A stretch of 64,000 nucleotides of DNA from the human T2T-CHM13v2.0 reference genome, Homo sapiens: the NCBI RefSeq assembly GCF_009914755.1, contig NC_060927.1, one strand, 5' to 3'. Both the position numbers and the translations under genes were made by a program. Shown piece by piece: positions 28,478-48,000 of this stretch. The notes under the pieces are model-generated. The model ran no database searches and had not been told where the DNA came from. It worked only from the letters and a program-made list of their open reading frames with translations. How positions within the stretch are numbered: the stretch's first letter is position 1; each line of letters opens with the position of its first letter.

Positions 28478-29049
28478 TGCTGAGGCTTGAGTAGGTAAAC
28501 AAAGCAGCCGGGAAGCTCGAACTGGGCGGAGCCCACCACAAGCTCAAGGAGGCCTGCCTGCCTCTGTAGACTCTACCTCTGGGGGCAGGGCATAGCTGAA
28601 CAAAAGGCAGCAGAAACCTCTGCAGACTTAAATGTCCCTGACAGCTTTGAAGAGAGTAGTGGTTCTCCAAGCATGGAGTTTGATATCTGAAAACAGACAG
28701 ACTGCCTCCTCAAGTGGGTCCCCGACCCCTGAGTAGCCTTACTGCGAGGCACCCCCCAGTAGGGGCAGACTGACACCTCACATGGCTGGGTAACCCTCTA
28801 AGACAAAGCTTCCAGAGGAATGATCAGGCAGCAACATTTGCTGTTCAGCAATATTTGCTGTTCTGCAGCCTTCACTGCTGATACCCAGGCAAACAGGGTC
28901 TAGAGTGGACCTCTAGCAAACTCCAACAGACCTTCAGCTGAGGGTCCTGACTGGTAGAAGGAAAACTAACAAACAGAAAGGACATCCACACCAAAAGCCC
29001 ATCTGTACGTCACCATCATCAAAGACCAAAGGTAGATAAAACCACAAAG

Positions 29050-30063
29050 ATGGGGAAAAAACAGAGCAGAAAAGCTGAAAATTCTAAATATCAGAGCTCC
29101 TCTCCCCCTCCAAAGGAACACAGCTCCTCACCAGCAATGGAACAAAGCTGGTTGGAGAATGACTCTGACAAGTTGAGAGAAGAAGGCTTCAGACAATCAA
29201 ACTTCTCTGAGCTAAAGGAGGAAATTTGAACCCATCACAAAGAAGCTAAAAACCTTGAAAAAAGATTAGACGAATGGCTAACTACAATTACCAGTGTAGA
29301 GAAGTCCTTAAATGACCCGATGGAGCGGAAAACCATGGCGCAAGAACTACGTGACGAATTCACAAGCTTCAGTAGCCGATTCGATCAACTGGAAGAAAGG
29401 GTATCAGTGATTGAAGATCAAATGAATGAAATGAAGCAAGAAGAGAAGTTTAGAGAAAAAAGAGTAAAAAGAAACGAACAAAGCCTCCAGGAAATATGGG
29501 ACTATATGAAAAGACCAAATCTACATCTGATTGGTGTACCTGAAAGTGATGGGGAGAATGGAACCAAGCTGGAAAACACTCTGCAGCATATTATCCAGGA
29601 GAACTTCCCCAACCTAGCAAGGCAGGCCAACATTCAGATTCAGGAAAGACAGACAACACCACAAAGATACTCCTTGAGAAGAGCAACTCCAAGACACATA
29701 ATTGTCAGATTCACCAAAGTTGAAATGAAGGAAAAAATGTTAAGGGCAGCCAGAGAGAAAGGTCAGGTTACCCACAAAGGGAAGCCCATCAGACTAATAG
29801 CAGATCTCTCGGCAGAAACTCTACAAGCCAGAAGAGAGTGGGGGCCATTCAACATTCTTAAAGACAAGACTTTTCAACCCAGAATTTCATATCCAGCCAA
29901 ACTAAGCTTCATAAGTGAAGGAGAAATAAAATCCTTTACAGAGAAGCAAATGCTGAGAGATTTTGTCACCACCAGGCCTGCCCTACAAGAGCTCCTGAAG
30001 GAAGCACTAAACATGGAAAGGAACAACCAGTAGCAGCCACTGCAAAAACATGCCAAATTGTAA
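29050..30063 (+). pseudogene. L1 ORF1p, disrupted
   Basis: ATGGGGAAAAAACAG start at 29050, premature TGA at 29227-29229 and TAG at 30031-30033. ORF 29320..30033 shows L1 ORF1 motifs (RPNLHLIGVPE, PRHIIVRF, YPAKLSF). Confidence 0.92.
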
Positions 30064-30111
30064 AGACCATCGATGCTAGAAAGAAACTGCATCAACTAAC
30101 GAGCAAAATAA

Positions 30112-34124
<4,013 letters not shown>

Positions 34125-34924
34125 ACAATGAGTACACTCGGACACAGGAAGAGGAACATCACACACCAGGGCCTGTCATAGGGTGGGCGGAGCGGGGAGG
34201 GATAGCATTAGGAGATATACCTAATGTAAATGACGTGTTAATGGGTGCAGCACACCAAGATGGCACATGTATACAAAATTAACAAACTGCACATTGTGCA
34301 CATGTACCCTAGAACTTAAAATATTAAAAAAAAATGACATAATTTTTGGAAAAAAAATCACAGCTTAAGATACAAACATTTCTAGTAATGAAAGTCTGGC
34401 CTGAGATATTTTCTGACCAAATAGTAACCAAAATAAGAAAAAATATTGTGCTGTTAACAATTATTCTGTTTGTTCTGATACGTGTCTACAGATGACAGCT
34501 TCTGTGGAGAGAACAGAATTAACAAAACGGTGATGTCAAAATGCTCTCCAACCTAAATGTGGCATGTTTCTCTTGTATATTTTCATTGTTATATTCACTT
34601 AGGACAATGTGGCAAGTTCAGGGGACGGTGCTGCAAAATGGTCCATGCTTACTACACCAAGGAGAATTGGCAATTTGCTTCCTGGGAGGCCCTATCTACA
34701 ACTGCCTCAATTCTCAGGACACATTTACCTAGAAAGTTGAAAAGATGGGGAGGGTGGGAGGAAACTGCCAAAGTGAGGAAACTGCTCTGGAAGAAAAATT
34801 CCATACCTGCATGTTCCCTTCATGTGAAGATTATTTGTTCGATCCAAATAATTGGATCCCTGGCTGGGGAGATCCCCGGCTGGTGGATCTCACCCAGGTT
34901 GGTTTATTTGTTTGTTTTTTTTTT

Positions 34925-35118
34925 TTGCTTCTGTGGGGCATAGCTGGCAATATCTGGAGACATTTTTTGGTGGTCACAACTTGGAGTGTGTGTGTTACTG
35001 GCATCTAGTGGGTACACGCCAGGGATGTTGCTCAACATCTTAGACTGCACACGACAGCCCCCACAACAAAGAATTATCTGTCCCCAAATGTCAACAGTGC
35101 TGAGACTGAGAAACTGTG
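34925..35118. mobile_element. MER20 (hAT-Charlie)
   Basis: tggcaatatctggagacattttt...ggcatctagtggg...aaagaattatctgtccccaaatgtcaacagtgctgag. Confidence 0.8.
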
Positions 35119-35420
35119 AGGTTAGTGAGTTTCCAATGCTTCTGATTCAAAGCGTTCATCCTCTGACGCTGGGCTACCTGGCACTGGAGTTCCTAATTTA
35201 CACCTGTTATCTCCTTTCTACCAGTCAGCATGACTGATTCCCGGAGGGAATGTCTGGTTGACAGTAAGTAAGGTATGAATGACTGACAGGTGTAGTGCTA
35301 GCAGAAACCTATTTTAAATGGTCACTAATTGAGTGGAAAGTCAGCTTCAATCAATGGAGTTTTTGGGAGGGTTCCATAGTAATGTGGACATTTGTTTTTG
35401 GAAGATATAAAAGATGGTGG

Positions 35421-35717
<297 letters not shown>

Positions 35718-36485
35718 GATGGTGGGATTTATAAAGCACTATTCCCTTTTAAAAGTCATAATACACATAAGTATATTTGTGATGTGGTGCTTGTGATATA
35801 TAATCATGAATGCTTTTTTCTTACAAGCAATGATTTGCACCTGGTATTGATCACAATTGCTTTCCAGCAAGGGGAGAAACAGTACAGGAAACTTCCTGTT
35901 CCCTCAACAAACCTTACTTTCATTTCCCTTCATTGCTAATATTGACTGGTGGGCTTTGATATGATACAGCCGATTTGTTAGGTATTCAAAATGTCCTGTC
36001 ACCGTAAACCTCAGGCTGTCTTCTCTCTGGACTGCCGTGGACCTATATTTGGATGGCACACTGTGTAGGCTTTTATCTTAAGCAAGTGAAGCAGACACAG
36101 CTTGAAAAAATAATGAGCAGTGGGGATGCACTGCAGAGATGTCTTCTAAAATGAGAAGGCTTAGAAACTGAAGATTGTATTCTTTTTGCCAGCTTATGAT
36201 GGTGCCAAACCAAAGTGATCCTACCTTGGCTAAGCCACACTGGAGTGACTTCATGAAGTCTTTATCTTGTTCTTCAGACTCTTTGTTTTTCCGACCCTCA
36301 TCTAGGGACATGTATGCTAAGATGATGTGCAGCAATATTTCATGCCCAGTTTCAGAGGCAAATTAACCAGATCAATTGGTCCTAGTTCAATGGGCTCTGA
36401 GTAATAAAATGCAGACAATATTTGCAGGCTAAAAAGGACCTTATTACCACACCAGTTCAACTTTATTTATAGAAAAGGAAATTGA

Positions 36486-37224
<739 letters not shown>

Positions 37225-38469
37225 TCAGCTGCTTTCCAGATAGTACAGGGAGTGCTGAGACAGCCTGGGAGAAAGCTGGGTGAAGGTAAATAGCCCTCAT
37301 CTAGATGAAGCGACCTCCTCATTTCAGTTACTGGATTCCTCTGTCTTCTGTATCTAATTTGTCCTCAAGATTAAGGCAGCAGCTGACTATTTAGGATTAA
37401 ATAATATTGAGCCAAAACATTCAGATGATTCCTTCTGCCAAGATAACTGGCAGACGTTCTAAACCAGTGTGCCCCTGGGGAGTGGCAAACAATGCCATTC
37501 TTTAAGCGGAGTGAGCAACTCTGGCGATACGGTATGACATGAACAATGGGAGTGGAGAACAGCAGCAAAAAACTGTAAGGGTGCCAAGTAGACCAGACCC
37601 TTAAATGGCAAGAGTTTCTGAGAGAGAGAAGAGAAGAACAGAGAAAACTGATTAGGAAGTGTGTTTGGTGAAATTATCACTGGACTGGGCCAAGCTGTCC
37701 CAGGTCCAGGAGCCTCATACTGTAGCCAGTTTAGGTTTTGTCCTCTTGGCCAGTGCATGTGGTGTTCAAAAGCCTTTATTTAGTTGATTTGTGGCACATG
37801 GAAAATTCTTGAGAAGGGATGGGGCTTGACAGGGTCAGGAAGCAAAGCACATTCTTAATCTTGGAAAGTTGGAATCTTACCCAGGACTCTATTAATTAAA
37901 CATGCCATGGACTGTGTACTTTGGAAGGAGAGGAAACTTATCATGGATAGAACTGTCCCTGCCTGAAACAGAGAGAAGGCTAATCCCAGCCCTGGTCAAT
38001 ATTTCCAGTTCTCCTAAGACAAGAGGGTAGAGAAGAACCACATATAGAAGGATCTTCAGAAAAATCCTTATCTGGAAAGGAGACGACAATACAATCAGAT
38101 GTATTGTGGAGGGAGGCCCTAGCAAAGGATCCAGGAGCTTTAGTCATAGACTTTCAGTGGTGTCTTCTGCACAAACATTCTAAAGGGATTTAAAAAATTA
38201 ATGGGTAATTCTCAAGGATCAGGCCTGGAAAGTGCGACTAGAAGACTCATTTCTGAGCCAAACCTGTGACTCTTTAGTGTTTAGCTGTGGAATGGGTTGT
38301 TCAGGAAAACTGGATGGCATTTGGTTAATGGGGAATGTGAAATGTGTCCTCTAAGTTTGAAGCAAGATAACAAGACAGCTGCATTTGTTCCCATCACAGC
38401 TTTTCTGGCAAGGTTGGTGCATTTGGCCTGCAGATATGGTCACTGTGGGGGATCATGATGATGGCACCT

Positions 38470-38700
38470 GTCATTTATTATTAGAGGCTCACTACCTACC
38501 TTCTAGACATGATGCTATGCACATTCTGTTATTTCTTTTGACCCTCACATGAATACTGACATAAGTAATGATCATCTCCGTTTCACAGGTAAAGAAACTG
38601 AGTATTAAGAAAGGGAAAGCGACTTGCCCAAGGTCACAGCTGAAGAGGTAAAGCCACAATGGACTTGAGGTGGATGTGACAAAGCCTGTGCCTTTAGCTC
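38470..38700 (-). mobile_element. MIR
   Basis: gaaactgag...gacttgcccaaggtcacagc. Confidence 0.65.
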
Positions 38701-39619
38701 TTCTGTGGCATTAGGGGTCAGCAATGCAGCTGTGGTTTAGGGCATATAAAATGGCTGGTGCAGGGCTAGCTGGAGTCAAGATGGTATGTACTTTGGTCTG
38801 AAGACCCATCATCCTCATTATGTGCCCCTTTTCTCCCCCAGACTATTCTGCATTTAAGGTAAAAAGATAAAAGAGAAGTAAAGAGAAATAAAACAGCTTC
38901 CTGGAAAGCATGAAGCAAGAGAGGAAAAAATAGGCAGGCTATCAAACAAAACAAATATAAAGGTCCTCTGCTCTATTTGGAAATCATAGGAAACAATAAA
39001 AGCTGAGAGACAAGAAGGAGTCAAAGAGCACCGAAGGTGCCGGTTTCCTCAGGCAAAAACCCTCACCAGTCTCTGAATCCCAAAGACCAAGGCTGCATCA
39101 GTGGCTGAGATGCCGACATGGTGTTATCCTCCTTCTCTTGGGGACCTTGCTTGCCCCTTCTGATCTGTCAGTGAGTAGGAGGGGCTGCTGCAAATTTACT
39201 GCCCTTCTGGTCCTCAGGAAGCCTGCAACCTGGCCTGCAACCAGAGATGGTCCTCACCATCTCTGAAGACCCTCCTCATCTCATTTGTAAAGGAGGCTTA
39301 GCAATGGAAAGGCCACCAGTCTTGAAGAGGGCTCTCCAATTTGATGTTTCTGTTTACTCTTGTTGGGACTGAACAAGTATTTGTTTGCAGCTCAAATCAT
39401 TATGTTTTATGCCCTTGCAAATTAAACATCCTTCATAGACATAAATATTATCACCCCATCAAATCAATTTCAAACAACAGGAACAATGGAAACATTTGAA
39501 ACGTTTTCCACTTGACCTATCCATCTTACAGATCCATCATTCACTAGTTTATTCTATCTAGAATTTCTAGGGATGAACATATCTTCACAGCTTAGCTATA
39601 GAGGGCAAAAAAGCAAGAG

Positions 39620-39930
39620 CACTAACATTTACTGAGTGCTTTCTCATGACAATAACTGTATATATATCATTTATTAATCTAGGCTCTGTGCCTTTAAAAA
39701 AAATCTCTGCCATTTCCCCAGAGTGTACCATAGGACTTGACATGTAGTAGGCTCTCAGTAAGTGTTTACTAAATGATTTAATTAATTCACACCACAACTC
39801 TAGGATGCTATCTGCCCCCATTTTACAAGGAGAAAATTGAGGCTTACGCAACTTGCTCCAAGTCACAAGGTTACTTAGTGGAAAACTGGGGATTTGAACC
39901 CAAGGACACATGACGCCAAAGTCTGTTTTC
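39620..39930 (-). mobile_element. MIR interrupted by a short L2 end
   Basis: aacatttactgagtgc...cccattttacaaggagaaaattgaggctt...gggatttgaaccca. Confidence 0.65.
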
Positions 39931-40169
39931 TTTCCATTACTCCATGCCAACTCCAACAGCAACCAGGAAAGGTGGGTAAAACAGACCATCCTACCCCTGT
40001 CTAGAGATGTTGGTAAAACCTGGAATAGGGTCAGAGGACTGAAACAGACACTTTTTAAACAAAAAGATGACTTCACTGTAAAGATCAAGCCCTTCCTGAA
40101 CTGATCTCCATAACGTTATTAGGCATTTGTATAGCCCTTTATGACACAGACTCATTATCAAAATCTGCA

Positions 40170-40560
40170 TACTCCTAACTTCCTGGGCACACAGCTAGAC
40201 TGCATTTCCCAGCAACCTTGCAGTGAGACACGGCCATGTGACTGAGGTCTAGCCAATAGAATGAATGAAAGCATTGGGCACTATTTCCAGGTCTGGCCTG
40301 TGAAACACCTCTTATGTGTTTTGTTTCATTGTCTTTCTCTTGCCTCTGTTTAGTGGAGAAAATTCTGAAGTCCTAGAGGTAGATGGGGATGTAAGAAGGA
40401 AAGAACCTGGGTCCATAAATGACCTTGACAAGTGTCACCTGCCAACCAAGAACATGTGGTACTAGACTTAGCATGAGTTAGAAATAAAATTCTGTTGTAC
40501 TAAGTCACTGAGATTTTGGGGTTCATTTATTGCAGTGGAGAGCATTATTTTGCTAATAGA
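40170..40560 (+). mobile_element. MLT1 (ERVL-MaLR) solo LTR
   Basis: catttcccagc...ggccatgtgactgag..ctagccaatagaatg...agaaataaaattctgttgt..taagtcactgagatttt. Confidence 0.75.
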
Positions 40561-40833
40561 CGCTTTACAATTCCAAATAGCTTGGCTATCTTTTATATCA
40601 TTCAATATTTTAAAAATCCAGTCAGAGTCAATGGATGCTTAAGGTGTGAGAAGTGTGAAGGCAAACAACTGAATCGTCTGGGTGATGCACTGCTGCAGGG
40701 CCACACATTTATTACTTCAAGTTAATGGGCTTTGTTTCTCCACCTGTAATTTCATGGCATTGAACTAGATGGTCTCTAAGATTCCTTCCAATGCTGAACT
40801 TCCATGAGTCAGATGTTAAAAATATGAATTGCT

Positions 40834-41191
<358 letters not shown>

Positions 41192-41522
41192 TCAGTCATG
41201 TTTATATGTTTAGTATGTAATATCTGAGATGCTCAAAAATGTTAAATTGTATTAGAATTTTCTGTTGAGAAACTTAAAGAATTTACGAATGTTCTGATTT
41301 ATCCCAATAATTTCTTAATCTAATTTAGAGCATGGTGTTAAATGATTAAACTTCTCATGAATATTTTCATTATGCATTGCTGAGTTCGATGGGCTATTTT
41401 ATATTCATTTACATAGAAATCTTTGAAGAATGATTTTATAATAATACTGAAAGACTTTTTTGATGAAAGGTAATGCCAGCAGTAATTGGTATTCTGATGG
41501 CTTCATTTATGGTTCCATAGTC

Positions 41523-41672
41523 CTTGTACCCCAGTTTTCTCAACCCTAAGTAGGAATTACACTCTTATAATATTAAAATAATAAATATTATAAGAATTAT
41601 AAGATATTAATATAATATTTAATTAATATAAGAATGTAATCCTACTTAGAGTTGAGAAAATTGGGGTACAAG
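41523..41672. repeat. 150-bp imperfect palindrome
   Basis: cttgtaccccagttttctcaaccctaagtaggaattacactcttata pairs with tataagaatgtaatcctacttagagttgagaaaattggggtacaag. Confidence 0.92.
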
Positions 41673-42488
41673 AATATTCAGAATTTTCTTTTTCAAATGT
41701 TTCTAACCTGAGGTCTATAAAAGCAGCGTCAGAGGAAACTATGAGCCATTTAAAAAGTTTGAAAAGGCCCAAGGGAAGTTGTACAATAATATGAGGCAGT
41801 CTGTGACACTTCCATGAAAAATGCCTTCAGATTTTTGAAAAAGATATAGAAATTTTTCTATACATCTGTATAGCGTGGGAACATTGATCATTTCATCCTG
41901 CTCATTGAAAACATCAGATTAGTAACCAAATATGTCTTTGATGATTAAAAACCAGTCAATGAATGCTATTACTTCATAAAAGTGGCTTGGCAGGTAAGAT
42001 GTTTGAAAGCACGGGGTTCAAGGGACGTGTGTGTTGGGAGAAAATAAGAGGATCTTGGCAAAAAAAAAAAATGTTGAAAATCACAATTTGACACCAAGCA
42101 AGTAAAATGAAATTGAATTAAGGGAAGCCAGTGCTTTTAAACACATTTTATTGGCAGTAGTGGGAAGGTATGTTTCCCCTCCCATTTTCTGCTATGACTT
42201 CCTACATGATGTGATTGTATCATGCTAAGTCCTCCATCCTGCAGGACGCTAGGCATTCAGGAAAATACTGTGTGGTGTGGTCCCTTGCCTTGTCTGGCCT
42301 AGGAACTGATGCCTGTTAAAAAATTAAGCAACAATAATAATCATAGCAACAAATGTTTAAAGATGCTTATTTTATCAGGGATTGCAGAAAGGAAGAGATT
42401 GTATGAAAAACTATCTACTTCCTTTTGCCCGAATTGTTTGCTTCAAATCTTATGTTTAGATTACTGCTTCATTAAAAATATCTTTCCT

Positions 42489-42863
<375 letters not shown>

Positions 42864-43487
42864 TTAAAAAAGAAAAGTCCTTAGCTGTACGGAAAATTCT
42901 TTTAGAAAATTCTAGCTAGGGTGCTAAATTTGTATGTGACACTAGTGAGAAGACATGAATTATGGGAATGGGCTAAGCAAAGCTATAGACATTTAAGGTT
43001 AGCTGCAAAACAAACTTCTTAAAAAAGTACAAACACTCATTTACATTTGTTTTTTTTTTCCATTGTAGGATCGTAATTCTGTTGGCTGTTTTCTCCACAG
43101 TAAATTAAGTTAGTGAGTATCTACTATGTGCCAGGTACTCCCTCATAATGGCTGTTGTATGTTGTGCCCCAGTGCTCCAGACTCTATGTTAAGTGATTTA
43201 TATAAATCTTACATCCTCACCACAATCCTTTGAGAAAAGTTCAGCATTTTCAGCATTGGGATTTTTAAGATTTCCCCAAGTGAGTTAAACATGTAGATCA
43301 GGCTGAGAACAATAACCCTATGGGGACTGCTCACCAGAGTGCTATATTCTCTTCAGACCCCAAAATGGAAGTCCTCTCATTTATTTAAAAAAATTAAAAA
43401 TAATAAGTATATAAATACCTCTTCCCATAACCAAAAGTACCACACATCTAAAGACAATACATTAAAGCAGCATAGAATAGCATTCTA

Positions 43488-43819
<332 letters not shown>

Positions 43820-44233
43820 TAGGATTTTAAACTCGATGCCTATCAAATCATTTGTGGGACAGAGAAACAAGTTTCCTCATGACTGTTCCATTACTTCAAT
43901 GAAAAATGCTGGCCTTGGAGTGCAGGCCTGAAGGACTTTGTGATCATTTGAGCTGGAGAGTTTGCTGTTCTGATGAGCCATTTGGGTAAGTGAAGATGCT
44001 GATGTTCACTGGTCAAATGCATGGTTTCAGGAACCATGAGTTTGTCATTTGTGGGCAAAAGTAACAACAGACACCTACACAGTCCTCAGGAGTAGAGCAT
44101 CACTAATTACATTTCAATTTGCCCACCCTAGGTCAGGTTAGGCCTAGATTAAAGGGTAATATTTTAGATTTTTTTGTAGGTACTCAGATGGCCAAACTAA
44201 CATTTTCTGTGGAAAAAACAAAACCCTCTACAT

Positions 44234-45050
<817 letters not shown>

Positions 45051-48000
45051 TTAGGTCCTCTTTCAAAGAGAGGGATCAAATTTCTGGTCACCTGGCTGTC
45101 ATTTTGGAAACTGAAGTTGTTCTAGAAGCAATTGTCCGAATCTCTAGGAGTTTTGAGGGAGGTTTTTGCTAATCTGACTAAATTTGCTGAGATTTTATTA
45201 ATTTGGTCTCAGCTTACTAAAAAGGAGAAGAAAGAATGCTTAATACATCTTCCTTGGAAATGCAGCATGAAAAAGACAAAGAACTTCAGTCAAGGTTAAA
45301 CAAAAGAAAAAAAAAAAAAGAAAGAAACATAATCACCATTTGAAGCCATTTAACCCACAGTTTCCCAGTCTTTGGGAACTGATGGTCCAAATACTGAACA
45401 GTCTGCTGTGGCGGCCCTGGGCAAGACACTTCACCACATTGGCTTCAGCCTGCTAATGTGTGAACCATGGCTTAGAGAAAATGACTCAGTTCAGTTACAG
45501 AACCAAGACAAGAAAGCATCTGCACTCTGCAGGCTTGGGGAACTGGCATTCCACACTAGTTTCCTTTTTACAACACAGCCAGATTCCAGAGCGAGAATGT
45601 CATCATAGCCAAGACTTGAAAGAAAAGCAAAGATGGATAAAACAAGCGCCTGGGACTTTTCAGATGGCAATGGTGGCAGGTGGTGGTGCCGTATAAAAAT
45701 AACTCTTGGCTCATTGCAAACAAAATAACACCATATAGTCATTAGAAACCAAATTCTGGTTGGGAAAATTGTTTTCTTTTGAAGGGATTTGCACCTATAT
45801 ATGTGCAACTGCTGTGGACTTTAGTGGCATTTAGGAGACTAGAGAGGAAGATACATCCCCACATAACAGAACCTTGTTAAGTTATAGCTGTTATTTGTGA
45901 CTGTTAGGAAAAAAGTTAGGTAGAGATGTGCTGGACAGCTCTTGGTTACAGCAGGGCTTGCAGGAGACTGAGATGAGTTTAGCAGAGTGGTGATGGTGGG
46001 GATAATGGGGATGATGATGTGGGAGGCAATGATCATAGTGGAGGTTGGTGTGATGATGATTGTGGTTGGGGTATGAGAAGAAGCCAGCTTTGTAAAGGGT
46101 GCCTTCTGTAAAGGGTGACTTCTAGGAAGAATACAGGGGTTGCTGAGAAAGAATTTTTTTTTCACTCTTCTGCTCCCACCTTCTACTCTCTATAAAGTCT
46201 TGTCCTTTTGACATTTCAACTTCCTGATTACCTAGCTGCTCAAATTTGGAAACTGAAGTTGTTCTAGAAGTAATTGTCTAAGAGTTGCTGGGAGATTTGA
46301 GGGAAGGTTTTCGCTAGTCTGTCTGGATTTGGTGAGATTTTGTTAATCTGGTCTCTTTCAGAAAGCTCCCTACTTTTCTGTAGTAAGTTTCTCTTCCAAG
46401 AGAAGCTCAGGAAGTTAAACAGGAGGGATGAAAGGAGGACAGAGACAGTCAGAGCACAAGAGGACCAGTCCTTCTTCATGTAGCCTATAGGGCATCTTTT
46501 ACCCAGTCATACCACATGAAGAGTTACCGTTCTTTGTTTCATGAGGAAAAAAGGAGCATTTGCTCTTGTTTTAAAGAAAAAGGTGATGTATTAGCTGCAC
46601 AGAAATTCTTCCTGGTGGTCTCTTGATTTGCCCCTTATTATGGCAGAAACTAGAGAAACTCGTGAACTGAGGTGCTGGTCTCCTCTCTTCCCTAGTCTGG
46701 ATGGAAGCCATGGAGTGATTTTCATCCTCTTCTACCAATTTGTGTGTGACAGGAAAAAAAAGTAAGATGACAAATATTTATGGTTTTCCCTTCCTTTGCT
46801 TTCCAAGGTAAGTGAGGTCCCAAGGAAGATCTGTTTATTTTGCTGAGTGGGGTTTTAAAAGGAAATACATATCGAGGAAGTGGAGAGAAGAGGCTCACAG
46901 TCTTGAAGGTGGAGGTAGTAGTGGGGAGAAGAGGGAGGGGAGCGAAGGGTCCAGATTCCTGACTGCAGCGGGGAGGGGAGGCAGTGTGTACAGCCGACTC
47001 ATCAGGGTTTTAGCCTCTGGGGAGAGAGGGAGAAGAGGATGTGAGGTTTCAGCAGTTCCTGTGAGGCATGGATCTGTGGGAGAGATGTCTGAGCATGAAT
47101 TTAAAGACTTTCTGTGTGATGTGTGTAATAGCCTCCCTTCTGCCCTCAAGGAATTTGGGGGAAGACAGATGCTTCCTTTCTAGCCTACTTGCAGTGAGAT
47201 TTTTATTTCTTTTAGAAGTGACAGCATGCAGAGGGAGGAGCAAAAAGGCCCCCATCACATTGTGTGGTTAAATACTGAAGAAATAAAATCAAAGCTTAGC
47301 CAACAGTAGAGCTAGCTATTTGGGCTATTTTTCTTTCTGCCAAACTATTCATGGCAGCATTCGTAATGTGTATAGATGGCTGTATGGAATCCAAGGCCAA
47401 GTTTTATTTTTGGTCACATCTGGGGAGACAGGAATTCAGGAGAAATTGCAATAAACCTCCAGATTTCCCTTCAGAATGGCTATGCCAGGAGCGTGTCCAT
47501 CTATCTAAAGCCTCCCAGCTCTATGGCACTGTGGGAAGCGGAGCCGAGGGTCGTGTTGGCATTCTGCATCGTTGCTCTCCTTTGGCTTCTGTTATTACTT
47601 CATCTACACCTGTAATCAGTCCTAAGGCCTGGGGATTGACTGTCCTGAGTTTGGGAGAAGGGACAGAAGGACCTCCACCAATCAGGTTTGCCCCTCCCTT
47701 GCCTCAGAGGCTCACCACTTTGTGTGAGTGTTTGGTGCACAAAGGTAACAATGCAAGTGTTAAAGGTAAGTATGAGAGAGAAAAATCCTCAACCTTAAGC
47801 AAGTCATTCCTGCGTCTAATTAAAAAGAACTACATGTTGAAATAAAAGTGCTAACACATTCCAAAGAGCCCATTGAGGTCTGTCCCTCAGTACTCATCAG
47901 AAGATATTACTAAGCTTGACAACAAAGAAATAAATCATAAATGACACCTCAATAGAACTCATTCTATATAAATTAAAAGCTTTTGTATGACCAAAAATGC

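Noticed and set aside
39585-40088. 167-aa minus-strand ORF
   Set aside because: Mostly MIR/L2-derived sequence.
45839-46165. 108-aa Thr/Ile/Pro-rich ORF
   Set aside because: Product of a degenerate (GAT/GGT)n low-complexity tract.
47351-47845. 164-aa + strand ORF
   Set aside because: No recognisable domain or gene structure; consistent with a chance ORF.
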